A DNA stretch of 63,210 nucleotides, filler included, from Vannella sp. (Eukaryota), in the NCBI GenBank assembly GCA_023345925.1. It is 8 parts of 8 records of this genome, joined end to end, with 100 filler letters (N's around TTAATTAATTAA, not from the genome) between each part and the next. Parts side by side here need not be neighbours in the genome. Positions count along the whole stretch, not along the records: positions 24,481 to 29,508 come from JAJQQN010000798.1; positions 29,609 to 38,747 come from JAJQQN010000862.1; 6 more parts are not named here. One strand, 5' to 3'. A model generated the notes under the pieces. The model saw only the letters and a list, made by a program, of their open reading frames with translations, searched no databases and was not told the DNA's origin. A program made the position numbers and the translations under genes. Positions 24,821 to 37,200 of the stretch are shown piece after piece. Each line of letters starts with the position of its first letter. Position 1 is the stretch's first letter.

Positions 24821-26543
24821 ATGGCCTCGGTTATTGGACGGGATGAGATCGAGATTGATGAGGAGAGGGAGATTCTGGGAGCTGGCTCCTTTGGTACAGT
24901 GCAAGTGGGAAGGTGCCGCGGGTTTGTGGTTGCTGTGAAGAGCTTCGAGTCGAACCTGAATGAGGAGCAGCTCTATTGGCTTCGTGAAGAAGTCGAGATT
25001 ATGAGGTAGGACCCTTCCTTTCGACTTCTTGGACTGCTCTCATAGAAGGGGCGACAGTCAACTCTCTCATCCTAACATCTGCAAGTTGCTGGGAGTCTGC
25101 ACTGAAGGGGATGAAGTTCTGATTGGTGAGGATGAGGGGACGCTTTGTTTCACCTTCTCATTGTAATTGCGACAGTTACTGAGAGGCTTAAAGGTAGTCT
25201 TGCTTCCTTACTCAGAGATGGGGATCCGGACGATTGGCCACTCTCTGAAAGACTCGATTGGGCTCTACAAGCTGCCAAAGGGTGTGTAGCTGTCACACAT
25301 GGGTTGTTTAGGTGACTCCTTCGGTAACATCTCCTTGTAGAATCTTGTGGATGCACCAACAGACCCCTCCCATTCTTCACATGGACATTAAGCCTGACAA
25401 CATCCTCTATGACTCTTCAAATCACGTCAAAGTCACTGATTTCGGTCTCAGTCTTGTCAAAGAGGGAGGCAACAACCAAATGAGCGGGCCTGTAGGGTGA
25501 GATACAGGAAGGCCATTCAAAGTGAATGATCTTCTCTGACTCCCAATAGGAGCCGAAACTACATGGCACCGGAACTGTTGGAAGCAAATCGTCAAGATCC
25601 TACTCTAGTCACGGAGAAGGCGGATTGCTATAGCTTTGGGATAACTCTTTGGGAGCTGGTAACCAATGATGTGGCATTTGAGGATTGCGAGAGTGTGAAT
25701 GACTCCCACTTTGCTGAGCTTGTTAGAAAAGGGGAGCGTCCCACCATACCTGAAGACTGTTCAGAATCATTGGAAATACTCCTTTCGGGCTGCTGGGCGC
25801 ACCACGTAGCTGAGCGCTTCACAATGAGTCAGATAGTGGAGGAGCTCCAGATAATCCAAAAGCGACAGAAAGAGATTGAAGAGGAAGGAGAGGCCGGTGC
25901 TGACATTCCCTATCAGGACGCAGCTGATTTTTGGATCCGTTGTCTTGGTGCTGGTGCCAAAGAGGCTCCCTGGGAGACCTTTTCCCACCATTTTTGCGAG
26001 GCACTTGACGCAAAGTCGCCCAATGGCAGCCAAGGGACTGTTCCAGCAACTGATGCCGAAATGAACAACTTGAAGGTCCTGCTTGAGCAGCAGAGCGGTG
26101 CAGGCCTTGTGCGAAGAACAGCATTCGCAAGTCTCATCGGGTACTTTGGCCCTCTCCAGTTTCCCAGAACCGCTTCTCCCCCTGGAAGGCACTTTTTGGA
26201 CTATGTTGCTGGAGCAATGCGGCTTCCTTGTTTCTATGGCAGTCTCAGTGGACAAGAAGCGAGCACTCTCCTGAACAAGAGGCCCAATCATCTTTTGGTC
26301 CGTTTCAGTGCGAGCTCACCCGACCGGTTCACTCTCTCCTTCAGTCAAGCAGAAGGAAAAGTACAGCACGTACAGATAGCCTTCGAAGATGGACAGTTTG
26401 CCACACCCGATGCAACCTTCCAAAGTCTCTTTGAGTTGGTGGAAACGGTCCAAAATCACAGCCTCGCCCAGCTCACCAACACCAAGTGGGAGTCTCTTTT
26501 GGCCCCTCCTAAGGAAGAGAGTAGCAGTGAGTATGTCCAGTGA
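24821..26543 (+). CDS. TKL kinase with C-terminal SH2 domain (Dictyostelium SHK-like), four introns
   Basis: GAGSFGTV, VAVK, HPNI, HMDIKPDN, DFG and YMAPE join across four short GT-AG introns. C-terminal SH2: FYGSLSGQEA...LLVRFSASSPDRFTLS. Confidence 0.9.
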
Positions 26544-26641
26544 AGTGAATAAAGGGCGAGAGGCATCAACACCTTGTCTGACGATTCCTGTTTGTGGCAG
26601 TTTGTGGGGAAGGGGGAGAGTTTATGACTCATAAGAGGCGC

Positions 26642-27838
26642 TTACAACTTGCTCTGAGGAATGCGCTCGATGATGGTAGCGTTGGCAGTGCCACCGCCCT
26701 CGCAGATGGCCTGAAGTCCATAGCGGAGGTTTCGCCTCTCCAGCTCGTTGAGGAGAGTGGTCATAATCTTAGTCCCTGTGGCACCAAGTGGGTGTCCAAG
26801 AGCCATGGCTCCACCGTTGACATTCAACTTGTTGAGATCAGCTCCCATAGCCTTCTGCCAACCGAGGGGGACGGAGGCGAAAGCCTCGTTGACCTCGTAA
26901 AGGTCCATGTCGGCCATGGTGAGACCTGCACGAGCAAGGACGTTCTTGGTAGCAGGAATAGGGCCTCCCAACATCATGATTGGATCGTCTCCAGCCAGAG
27001 CCAAAGCGACCACCTTGGCGCGAGGGCGAAGGCCAAGCTTCTTCAGACCTGCCTCGTTACAAACAAGCATAGCAGACGCTCCATCAGAGATCTGAGACGC
27101 AGTTCCTGCCGTGATACGGCCTCCATCAGGCTTGAGAAGAGAGAGCTTGCCAAGTTGAGCCACATCCGTAGGCCAGCGAATGCCCTCGTCCGTGTCGTGA
27201 ACAACCTCTGTGTTGGTCTTCTTGTCAATACCAGCCACAGGGATGATCTCGTTCTTGAATCGCCCCTCCTTGGTAGCCTCCGCAGCGCGCTTGTGGCTGT
27301 TGACGGCGAGTTCCTCCATCTCCTCGCGTGTTACGTTGTACTTCTGAGCGACAATCTCTGCGCCTTCGAACTGGGAGAACATCACGCCGGGATAGCGCTT
27401 CTGGATGTTCTCTCCGGAGGGCATACCGCGACCAGCAGCCATTCCGTCCATGATGTTGCTTCCAATGGGGACGAGCGACATCACTTCCACACCACCAGCA
27501 ATAACGATGTCCTGGGTTCCACTCATCACGGCTTGGGCCGCGAAGTGGAGGGCCTGTTGAGAGGAGCCGCATTGGCGATCCACGGTAGTACCAGGGACAG
27601 ACTCAGGGAGCTTGGAGGACAGCACGACATTGCGAGCCAAGTTACCAGCTTGCGAGCCAATCTGAGAGACACAGCCAAAGATGACGTCGTCAATCAACTC
27701 GGGGTTGATTCCATTCCGGTCCACCAAAGCGTCCACCACAGTGGCGCCGAGATCCGCGGGGTTCCAGTGACTCAGACGTCCTCCACGGCGTCCAGCTGCC
27801 GTACGACAAGCATCAACAATGTAGGCAGTGTGGGGCAT
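26642..27838 (-). CDS. Acetyl-CoA C-acyltransferase (thiolase) with PTS1 signal
   Basis: TVDRQCGSS, NEAF, GHPLGATG, ICEGGG; ends in -SKL; intronless; ATG at 27838. Confidence 0.95.
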   Translation of the reverse strand: MPHTAYIVDACRTAAGRRGGRLSHWNPADLGATVVDALVDRNGINPELIDDVIFGCVSQIGSQAGNLARNVVLSSKLPESVPGTTVDRQCGSSQQALHFAAQAVMSGTQDIVIAGGVEVMSLVPIGSNIMDGMAAGRGMPSGENIQKRYPGVMFSQFEGAEIVAQKYNVTREEMEELAVNSHKRAAEATKEGRFKNEIIPVAGIDKKTNTEVVHDTDEGIRWPTDVAQLGKLSLLKPDGGRITAGTASQISDGASAMLVCNEAGLKKLGLRPRAKVVALALAGDDPIMMLGGPIPATKNVLARAGLTMADMDLYEVNEAFASVPLGWQKAMGADLNKLNVNGGAMALGHPLGATGTKIMTTLLNELERRNLRYGLQAICEGGGTANATIIERIPQSKL

Positions 27839-28031
27839 GTCCACCTTAAACAAGCAACAAAACAATGCGGAAGCAATCACCCGCTTTTGTCTGATTGGCC
27901 AAATATCTAATCGATCGGTCCGTTTTCTTTATCTTCAGTCGAGCTGGAGAGGGCATTTTATGAGTGAAGGGGAAGCAACTTTGTGAGAAACATTAATTAT
28001 ATACCCTTTTTTGTGGTTGTTTATTTTTTCC

Positions 28032-29458
28032 ATGCCGTTCCTCTGCCTTCGTCCCTCTGCCTTCACCCCTTCCTATCAGTTCGCCCTGATACTAGAAATC
28101 CTAGGAAGGCCTCTGTTGCCTATCTTGTTAGCTTTGCTGGGCTTGTGCTTTGGCATCTTCCCCTCCCTACAATTGGTGGCTATCGTCTGGTCCGTGAGGA
28201 AGCTTTCGACCTCCTTCTTTCAGGAGTTGGTTCTCAGGTTGTCGATCCTTACTTCATTGATTCATGTTACATTTGTTGTCATGTGGTTCCTCTTTCCTTT
28301 CCCGTTCCTGCACGATGATAGCCAACGGTTCATCATTCTTCTTTCCGGGATTTTCATGTTTGTTTTCTTGTTTCAATTGGCACGGCAGGTTTTCTTCCTT
28401 TGGAAAACAATTGAACTTTATGAGCGCGAGGAATTCGACCTGTCAATGAGAATGCTGGAGGAGAACTCACCAGATATTGGAAGTGAGATCCACTCTATAG
28501 CTCTCATGACTCATTTATACACGTACAGGGTAATTATTATCCGTGTTACTATGGGAAATCTATCTGAGGCAAAGGATTTGTGCAACAGAGCCCTTGCCCA
28601 AACAGAGCGGAGCTATTTCCAATCAGTACTTTACCCTAGTTATCTTGTTCCGTTAACTTGGATCAATCTTCGTCAACGCCAGTTCTCTGAAGCGAAGTCT
28701 CTTCTTGAAAGACGTCATACTCGAGCCTTGAAGAGTACTATGAGAATGACTCCGATCTTTGTGATTTATTTTACGATGCTGCAGAACTTTACCACCTGCA
28801 AGGCCTCTTCTCAAACGCTGTGATATTTTGCAGGCAAGCCATTTCCATTCAAGAAAAACACAGCCCAAGTGACCCACTTCTTTTGTTGATGGGTCAGATA
28901 CTTTGCGATACCGGCAGCTTTTCCGAGGCAGCAACGTTTTTGAACCAATCAATTGAGGCCTGTCAATCCACTGACGTTATATTCAATCATCTCGCACTGG
29001 CAAAACTTTGTCTTGAGCAAGCAAATTTCACAGTAGCTCTGGATATCATTGAAAAAAAGTTTACCAATGTGGAGTTCAAAGGACAGCAGCCCTATCAAAG
29101 AGGGTATAGATCAATAACTTCTTTGCAGATTGTCCTCCACATGAGAATACTTGGATTGGATGCTGTTTATCCTGTTTTCCCAAATGACGATGATATTGAT
29201 ATTCAGACTAATTCTTACGGAGCAAATAGACTGAGAAAATTTAGGCGGCTTTCGGTTGCCTGGGACTCACTCAATTCTCCCAATCCATCAGCAAATCCAG
29301 CAAATACCCAGGACTCATTACAGGAACAGACAGGATACTCATGGGTCACTCCTTTAGAGGCGATAAGACGATTGTGGAGACAGTTACAACAACATTTACT
29401 CCTTGACCTTGGAGAGAACGGACACACTCTCTCTTCCACGTCCAGGAACATGGCCTGA
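28032..29458 (+). pseudogene. Membrane-anchored TPR protein with one frameshift
   Basis: About three hydrophobic segments, then TPR-like helices. The TPR (LFYDAAELYHLQGLFSNAVIFCRQAISIQEK) continues in another frame from about 28720, and I see no intron there. Confidence 0.55.
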
Positions 29459-29508
29459 GAGATGGCGATGCGCATTTTGCACTTACTCGACCAATCCTTC
29501 ACTCACTT

Positions 29509-29608
29509 NNNNNNNNNNNNNNNNNNNNNNNNNNNNNNNNNNNNNNNNNNNNTTAATTAATTAANNNNNNNNNNNNNNNNNNNNNNNNNNNNNNNNNNNN
29601 NNNNNNNN
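29509..29608. other. Artificial contig linker
   Basis: N44-TTAATTAATTAA-N44. Confidence 0.99.
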
Positions 29609-29757
29609 CTTTGGGAGAACAAAAAGTGCAAAACGAAACGTCCCCCAAAATTTTGGAGTTTTGGCAAATCCCTTTCAATCTCATTATTTGCGCATCTCAT
29701 GCGCAAATAATTGATGGGCAAAGATCACAACTTGTGGTCATCAGCAGTCATTTCTTG

Positions 29758-30687
29758 ATGGAGGCTGAGGGGTATGCGCATGACATCCGCGCGCTGATTG
29801 TGGCTTGGAATGCGGTGCGCGAAAGTTCGCCCATTCATTGTTCTTACTGGTGGAGTAGAAGGCTAGCTTATCCTTTTTGGATTTCAAAGAAGTGTGGAAG
29901 GAGCTCCAGTTCAGCTACGTGCACAGAGGCAGTGCCCCAGACATTCCCCCTCACCAGTACACGCAAGCCCTTTATCAAGTGAGTCCCTGTTTAAGTTGAT
30001 GAGGTTCATGTTGTTCATAGACTTGCTCTTAGGCAGCGTTGGCGTACCTTCCAGTCTTGGAACCAACTCATCTGCGAGTTGGTGTTCTTTACACTCTATT
30101 CTGCCTCTATCGGACTCAGGGATCTGTTTCAGAGAAGATCATACAAACCGTAGGTACGAAGGATTCACCTTGGTCCTCAAGAACACATTCTCACAGTAAC
30201 TAAGCGACTTGGAGGTGCATGCTTAAGCTTCTCCAAGACATTCAGAAGGACAACATCCTTGATGCCTTGTATTTGTGGAACTTTATGAAGCAGAAAGGGT
30301 TTTATACCTTTGCTTGCACCCCTCCGATCCCTTTTGAGTCTCAGACCAACAATAGCAGCTCTAACCCGATACCTTCCGTGGTGATCAACACGTGTACCTT
30401 GGTGAGCAGCAACCCATGGGAGCAGATGGCGCTAGAAGGGACTAAATATCTAATAGAACAGGGTGGTCGACGTTGGGCTGCTCGAAGACATCGCCAATCG
30501 GTACCAATCTGCGAAATCCACGGCGAACAGCATTCATTCTCTTGGGCCCCAGTCTTTGCATATGGTTAGCATGTCGTTCCCAGGCGATGTGAAGAAGCTT
30601 CTCCATCAAGCGGAACAACAACAGTACATTGCCAGGCAATTGCAAGAGCCCTGTGGAGTAGAAGAGCCCTATGTGAGAGAGGAATAG
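29758..30687 (+). pseudogene. Probable fragmented gene of unknown family
   Basis: A chain of protein-like ORF pieces in shifting frames (29611-29982, 29894-30199, 30219-30569, 30463-30687). Confidence 0.35.
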
Positions 30688-30713
30688 AAGCAGGCTTTAT
30701 CATGGCCCAATCC

Positions 30714-32888
30714 TTATCGGGAAGAAGAAATAGACTTGACCAGTCGGTCCTTTGCGGCGAGTCTTACTTCAAATTGACTCACAACCGAGACTAACTCTTT
30801 GGCGGTTATCTCAATCGCATTGTCCATCTCAACGCGGCGGGCCCTTTCTTCTTCGATTTGACGTTGAAGTTGTTGGAATTGCTCGAAGAGTTGCTGATCT
30901 GCTTTGAATGCTTCACTGATGACCACAGGAGCAGCTGCAGGCTTGGGTTCTGATTCTTTCGTATCAGACTTGGGGACAATTGGTTCCTCTGTTGTGGGTT
31001 TGTGCGACTGAGTGACAGGGGAGGGGCTAGTAATAGGCTTTTCTGTGGGTTTCGGAGCAGCAGGTCCCACCGGTTCAGTTTCCTTGACCGGGTGCGGCTT
31101 TTTGTCTTCAAGAGAGCGAGCCTTTTCGCCCTCCAATTCCTTTGCCTTCTCTTGTTGCAACTTTTCAGCAGCCTGCGCTTTCTCTGCTTGGGCAATTTTC
31201 TCTGCCTTATCGGCTTGCACAGTTTTCTCTGCAGCAATGGCAGAAGCCCTTGCTTCTTGGTCAGATTTTTCTCTCTGCTTCGCAGCTTCTCGCTCCTGCT
31301 CTTCCTTTGCGTGAGCTTCCTTGAGCGCCTGTGCTTGCTTCTTCTCCTGCGCCAATCGAGCGGCCTCCTCTTCCTTGGCTCGTGCTGCTTGCTTCTCTTT
31401 CAGCTTTGCCTCTTCTTCTTTGAGCCTGGCCTGCTCGCCTTCAGCCTTCTGCGATATTTCCCTTTCTGAGCTAGTTTGGGGTTCAATGTGGAACACCAAA
31501 GGCTCATTTGACTCCCCTTTGTCAATGTCAGCTAAGAACTTAGCCTGGCAGCCAAAGAGGAGCTTGTGGTACGTTTCAAGCGTTGCCTCCAGTGAGGGGC
31601 ACTGTGCAGCTACAAGGACAGAAAGCTTCAGGGCAGAGAACTTGGTGAGAGAGAGGTCAGGAAGGCGCTCTGGTTGCTCAGTCAATGCCTTTGCTTCTTG
31701 ATCCTCCTTAGCAGCTTTAGATGCTCTCGCTTCCTCCTCATCTTTGGCAGAGACAGCGACAAAGTGCTCATCCTCGTCCTTCTCTGGCGGGGCCTCTCCA
31801 CCACGGTTGCCCAGAGCGTTCTGCATCAGTAAGATGCGGTCAGAGACCTTTGTGGTGTCAATCTTCATCTTCCTCTTCTTTCGCTTCAGCACTTCGTATA
31901 CTTCGCAGTAGTTCGAAGGGAACAAGCCGGTGCAGCCTCGGATCTTTCCCTCCCACCAGCCTGGTTCGTTATCCTGGTAGGTGACTTCGATGATGTCTCC
32001 TGGGTCCATGGAGATCTCTTCTGGCTTCCGAGCCTCGAACTTGAAGAGGGCGCGCACACTCTTGACCTTGACTCCCGCTACAGTTGCACAGTCCCTGTGA
32101 GATTTGGAAAGAGAGACGTGGAGAGTATCGTACGCATGAGAGAGGTGACCTGATAGTTGTTCACTCGGACGGCAATGAAGCCACCAGGGGTGTCGTCGTC
32201 TTCATACATGGACACAGTCTGTACAAGAGGAGCCTCTGGGACGGCCGTTCCTTGTAAGAAATGATCGTGATACTGAAGGAGAGCTAACGTGAACAGCTCT
32301 ACTGCTCGTGGGCTGTACTCTCCTCGTTCGTCCCGAATGATATGCCAACCCAGTGCTTTGCCAAGCAGCTGCGGAGTGAGTTGTCTCTGCTTACGCTGCA
32401 GACGATAGCAGAAGTTGACCATGTAGGCAAAGAGGTGTTGGTTCTCCTGGGGCAGCTTTTGAAGAGCTTCAGCAAGTTGGGCGTATCGGCGTGTGGGTTC
32501 TTTGCCGTCGTCCGGGTCCACTTGGGAGAGAGCAGAGAGGGGAACAACAGGTTCATCAAGTTCCGTGAAGTAGCGAGCCAAGGCACCGCAGGCGACGTAT
32601 GTGTTGGGTAGAAGCGTAGAGATGCTTCCTTTCTTGACGTTGACGAGCTGTTGCTTAAACTGCACCGTCTGGTCTTCATACGACTTTCTTGTGTCCGCTT
32701 CAAATAACCCTTCCAAGTCACAGTCTGAACCAAAACCAGTTAGAAGGCTCTGGTTTAGTACCTGCACGTGTCCACTTACTCTTCTCAATGTTCACCACAC
32801 ACTCGCGTACCAGATGATGTGGTGCAAACTCCTTGTTCGCCATTGGTGGCAAAGTTCCTCCAAAGTATCCTCGGTGCGACAGCGCCAT
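30714..32888 (-). CDS. RhoGAP + SH3 + coiled-coil protein
   Basis: Intron 32725-32779 joins VRECVVNIEK|NCDLEGLF. RhoGAP-like ALARYFTELDEPVVP...KLPQEN, second intron at about 32080-32149, SH3 ALFKFEARKPEE...GWWEG...GLFPSNY, then an E/K/A-rich coil. Confidence 0.85.
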
Positions 32889-33281
32889 GTCAGCCAACCG
32901 CCAAATGAACGGAAATGACACCAGATTCATTTGGCCTTTATAATCATTAAGTTAAGCCAGGTGAAGAAGGGCTGCCTGTTTTGAGGGGAACACGAAAGAC
33001 GACTTTATTGTCCACCATTAGCTCGCGAGTGGTACGCAGGAGGGCAAGAAGATGTTTGTCGTCTTCCTTAACTTTCATTCAGCAAGAAGAAGTGTCTGGT
33101 GGGCCTTTGGAGAAGAGGGGAACCTTGCCCTCAACTCCCATTAACCACCAGTAGCAAGCTGCCTCAACAGAGCGCAGGACAAGCTCTTATTCTAAAGCAC
33201 ATCTTGTGAGGAAGGGCGAGAGCGCCCCCCTCCCTGAGAGCGCAATGAAGAAATGAGGGGAAATGCGGGGAAATGCTTTGT

Positions 33282-34152
33282 TCATGACAGGTCAGCCTTT
33301 GGATGATCACCATTGAGAGGAGGAGGAGAATCCAGACCTAAGGAAGCTTGATGGGTGTCAAGCTGCCTCATGAACCCCCCGTTGGGCTGGATAAACGGTC
33401 GAACTTGCTGGATGTCCACTAGGACGCTCTTCAGGCTCATTTTCTTAAACTCCATCATGTATGCGCATACAAAGGTAGTACTACGGGAGATCCCCGCGTG
33501 GCTGAGAGCGAGGATGAGCATACATGAGTAGAGCGGGACTTTCCCCTCCTTAAACATACCAATGGACGAGCACTTTGCCTCCTTCTGCGAGTGCATGGTC
33601 TATCCACGCACTTACGTCTCTAAAGTAGATCTCCAAAGTCTGATACTCGGCATCCCAGACCTCCAAGGTCCGATAGGAGAAGTCCTCTCGATAAAGAGGA
33701 GGAAAGTTCGCTGCAGCAGTCAAGATGTGAGTGATTCCTGTTGACTTGAGCCAGAAGAGATCCTGTGCAGCCAAACGAGAGCCAAGAAACAGCCCTGGAG
33801 CGGAAGGGATCTCCTGAGCATGAAAGTAGTTCTTGAGGGAGTCACCAGAACGGTCTGATAAGAGCTTGCTTTGGCTCTCTAAGTTCTTGGCCTTCTTCCA
33901 TCGATGAAGGATAGGTGAGATCAACGATTGGACGTCCTCCACTTCAAAGTGACGTATTTTGTCACCAAAGTACCATTCCAAGTACGGCTCAATGTCCCAC
34001 AGGGTGTTCTCCTTCAGTGCTGCTAAAACATACTCCTCCTCTTGCTCTCCAATCGTCTTCTCCTTCACCCGAGACCCTATAAACGTGTGCAACCACGCGC
34101 GGAAGGTCTCCAGGTGGTCCTCCTCGTCCTGCAAGGCCCCAGATCCCTCCAT
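33282..34152 (-). CDS. Dual-specificity protein phosphatase
   Basis: GLFLGS, GITHIL; intron 33502-33559 restores the catalytic loop VH|CHAGISRS; RPFIQPNGGFMRQL. Confidence 0.92.
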
Positions 34153-34243
34153 GGATAAAATGTCCTCCCAACAGCGAAAGACCAAGACAAATGAAGTCCG
34201 TTTCAGTATCCAAAAGGCTCATTTCCCCTCGACTTCCCCTTCC

Positions 34244-37200
34244 ATGCCAGACCAGTCGGCCGTGGGTGTCTCGTGGTTGAACAACCCGAGCTTCTCAAGG
34301 AACTTGCGAGACCTCTTTGCGCAGCTTGCGCAGGAGGCACCTGCGAGTAGCGGGTCTGTGCTGGCCATGCCTTCGGCACGGCCAGTGCGAGCTGCTGATC
34401 TCTTTGATAGCAGCGATGAGGAGGAGGACAATCAGCGCACTACAACTGGAGCTAAAAGGGATGATAAGTCGCCCCTGGTGGAGCCCTTGCAAGTGCGGGA
34501 GGACGAAATTTGGGTCGAAAAGGGTTCGCACGCTCAAGCTTCCCCGTTGCCTCGGAAACGGAAGCGGGATAGGAGCCCTGATGTTCACAAGGCGCGAAAG
34601 AAACAGAAGAAGGAGAAACCAGAGAAGGAGCACCTCAACAAGTCCGCCCGCCGGAAGCTAAAGGAGAAAGAGAAGCTGTTGAAATTGGAAGAGAAGCGTA
34701 GGCGCCACCAGGAGGAGCCCCCTCGCTCGAAGAAGATACAATGGGCTGAGTTCATCAAGGACCCTGTTTCAGGAGAGCTCTTGGCTGCCAAACCGGCTTC
34801 AATCATCGGGGGAAAGCCCGAACTCTCCTATTGGGACCCCAAAGGGGACCCGGAACTACTCATGTACGAGAGACCTTATGCCCTCACAGTTCCAGAGTAC
34901 TTCAGAGCTCCCAGGAGGTTCTTGGGACTCCTAACTGGAGAATCAGCCCGTTATCTTCGCCAACACCAAACTTACATTATTGGCCGCCGTGGGGAGGACT
35001 CTACCCGTGTAGCTGAGCGGTACTTTGATACCCGCTTTCATCGCTCGAAAGTGACATCCGTAAGACCATCTCCCGCGCTCATTCAGGAGGACATGGAGCG
35101 CCGACAGGCTGGAAGTGTGGCCAATTACCTCTCCCTTTCCACAGGAGAGGAAGAGAACAAAGCAGATGATGTGGACGCGAAGGAATCCTTTGAGGAGTAC
35201 ATGATGAGGCGCAACGAGGAACTTAACCGAGAGACTTACAAAAATCCTCACAATATTGATGCCTGGCATCGACTGATTGGACTTCAGGATGAACTGCAGT
35301 CTATGAATAGCACTATAAGCAAGAAGGCAGCTCTAGAGAAGAAAATGTCGATCTATTTGTCTGCTTTGCAGAAGAATGAGGATGAGGAGGGACTTCTACT
35401 GGGCTACTTGCTTTGTTGCCAGGAACTGTGGGATCCCAACCGGCTCATAGCTTTGTGGGAGACCGTAATCAAGGCTAAGAGGCACAGTGCTGCCATGTGG
35501 GAGAATTATTTGTCATTCCGCCTTCGATACTTTGCCTCATTTTCAATTAGTGAGTGCCGAAACATATTTCGCAGGGCTTTGAGTGCCATGTTTGACCTTC
35601 AAGATTATGCTAGTCGAAGAGGAGATCTGAATACGGCAGTGATGGCCGAGTCAAAACAAATTGACTTTTTCAGGAGACTTTGCCTCTTCGAAGCTCAAGC
35701 AGGGTATCTTGAGCGAGCTGTAGCACTATATCAAGCAATGATTGAGTTCAATTGCTTTTATCCTGTCCGCTATGAAGAGTTCCAGTCTCGGCTTGAAGCA
35801 TTTGAGGCATTTTGGGATTCAGAATCGCCTCGAGTTGGCGAAAACAACGCTAACGGGTGGAATTCTTGGACAAAGACAGAGCAAACGCCCTCATTTAACT
35901 CTTTTGCATGCAATTACGAGGAAGCTGCTCTGGAAACTGCTGGGAAGCTCGTTCCTAATGGACTAGAAGAGAACTCTATCCTCTCATTGCAGCTGCTAGG
36001 AGAGTGCATTCTGCATCCATTGTGGATACCTCAAAGGTCTGCAAGCATGTCGGTGGGTGCAACTGACAGTGAAAGAGTCATTCTCTTCGATGACATCGCG
36101 CCATTCCTCCTCCCGATAAGAATGGAGCTTTTCCAAATCCAGTTACTTAGCAACTTCATTCAGTTCCTTGTCAGTTCATACGGAGGGAAGACCTCTATTC
36201 TCCTCAACTTCAATCCTTCTGATACCCGACTTGCCCTTGAGGGTGAAGCAGTTGGACATGACTTATTCGATTGCTTGCCAAATCACGAAGATGTAGTATT
36301 TTCTGAGACACAGGTTCCTCTCCCTGATCCACTTACAGGCATTGTACCTGGAGAATTTGGTCTTTTCGGAGGACAAAGCGGAACCGAACAGGCAACAACG
36401 CTCTCCCCTCCGTTATCTCAATTCATTTCTCAAGTTTTCGCTTGCAGCTCCGCCCGATATCCGGGAAATATCAGCTTGGGTACCCTCCAACTTGACTTTG
36501 AACTCTCTTATAACCGAACAGAATCCCATAACGACTCCAAATCCATAAGCAAGTCGATCAAAAACACTTGCCAAAGTTTGCTGGGTCTGCACGCAGACAA
36601 TTTGATTCTCTGGGCCAAATATGCAGAAGCAGAGAAAGCATTACAGCGAATCGGAGAAGCAAAGCGTATTTTCGACACTGCTTTGTTGCATACACAAATG
36701 GGGCCTTCTTCATTGCCCCTCATTCGCTCGTATGCCATGCTCGAGCTCTCTCAACCCACTTTTCCGCATCAAAATCAGGTCACTCTTGCACGAGTTCTTT
36801 CCATTCTCATTTGTTCAACGGAGTCTTCTTTCCAATCAGTTCTTGTTCGGAAAAAGCAAAAGGACAGCTTACAAACCCCATTCGAGGGTGACCTGTCGTC
36901 TCTACCAGAGAATATTCTCCCTCGGATAACCCCAGTTCGCGTTCTTAAGTGCAGAACGGTACGTTTAAATCACCCTGGAAATGACAGAGTGATTGATTTG
37001 CGTTTAGAAACTGTTTAGTGCCCTTGAGAGCCTCCGGAAAGTACCAGGGATTCAAGAGGGTCCAGGCATAGACCAAATGCTCATTTTCATACTCTTTGAG
37101 TACATGTATAAGGATCTGCGCCATGCTATGGAACTCTTCTGGCAAGTAGAGACATTGCCTTGGGCATTTCCAGCTGCACTTCGGCAGCTTTACGAGTTCT

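Noticed and set aside
26594..27910. 438-aa plus-strand ORF, and similar antisense ORFs such as 117-1079, 2483-3223, 3738-4337 and 43441-44001
   Set aside because: These are antisense shadows of real genes, caused by codon bias or low complexity. They carry no motifs of their own.
33959..34243. N-terminal extension of NRDE2 overlapping the DUSP gene
   Set aside because: It depends on a non-ATG start and is antisense to DUSP exon 1. ATG 34244 is the simpler start.
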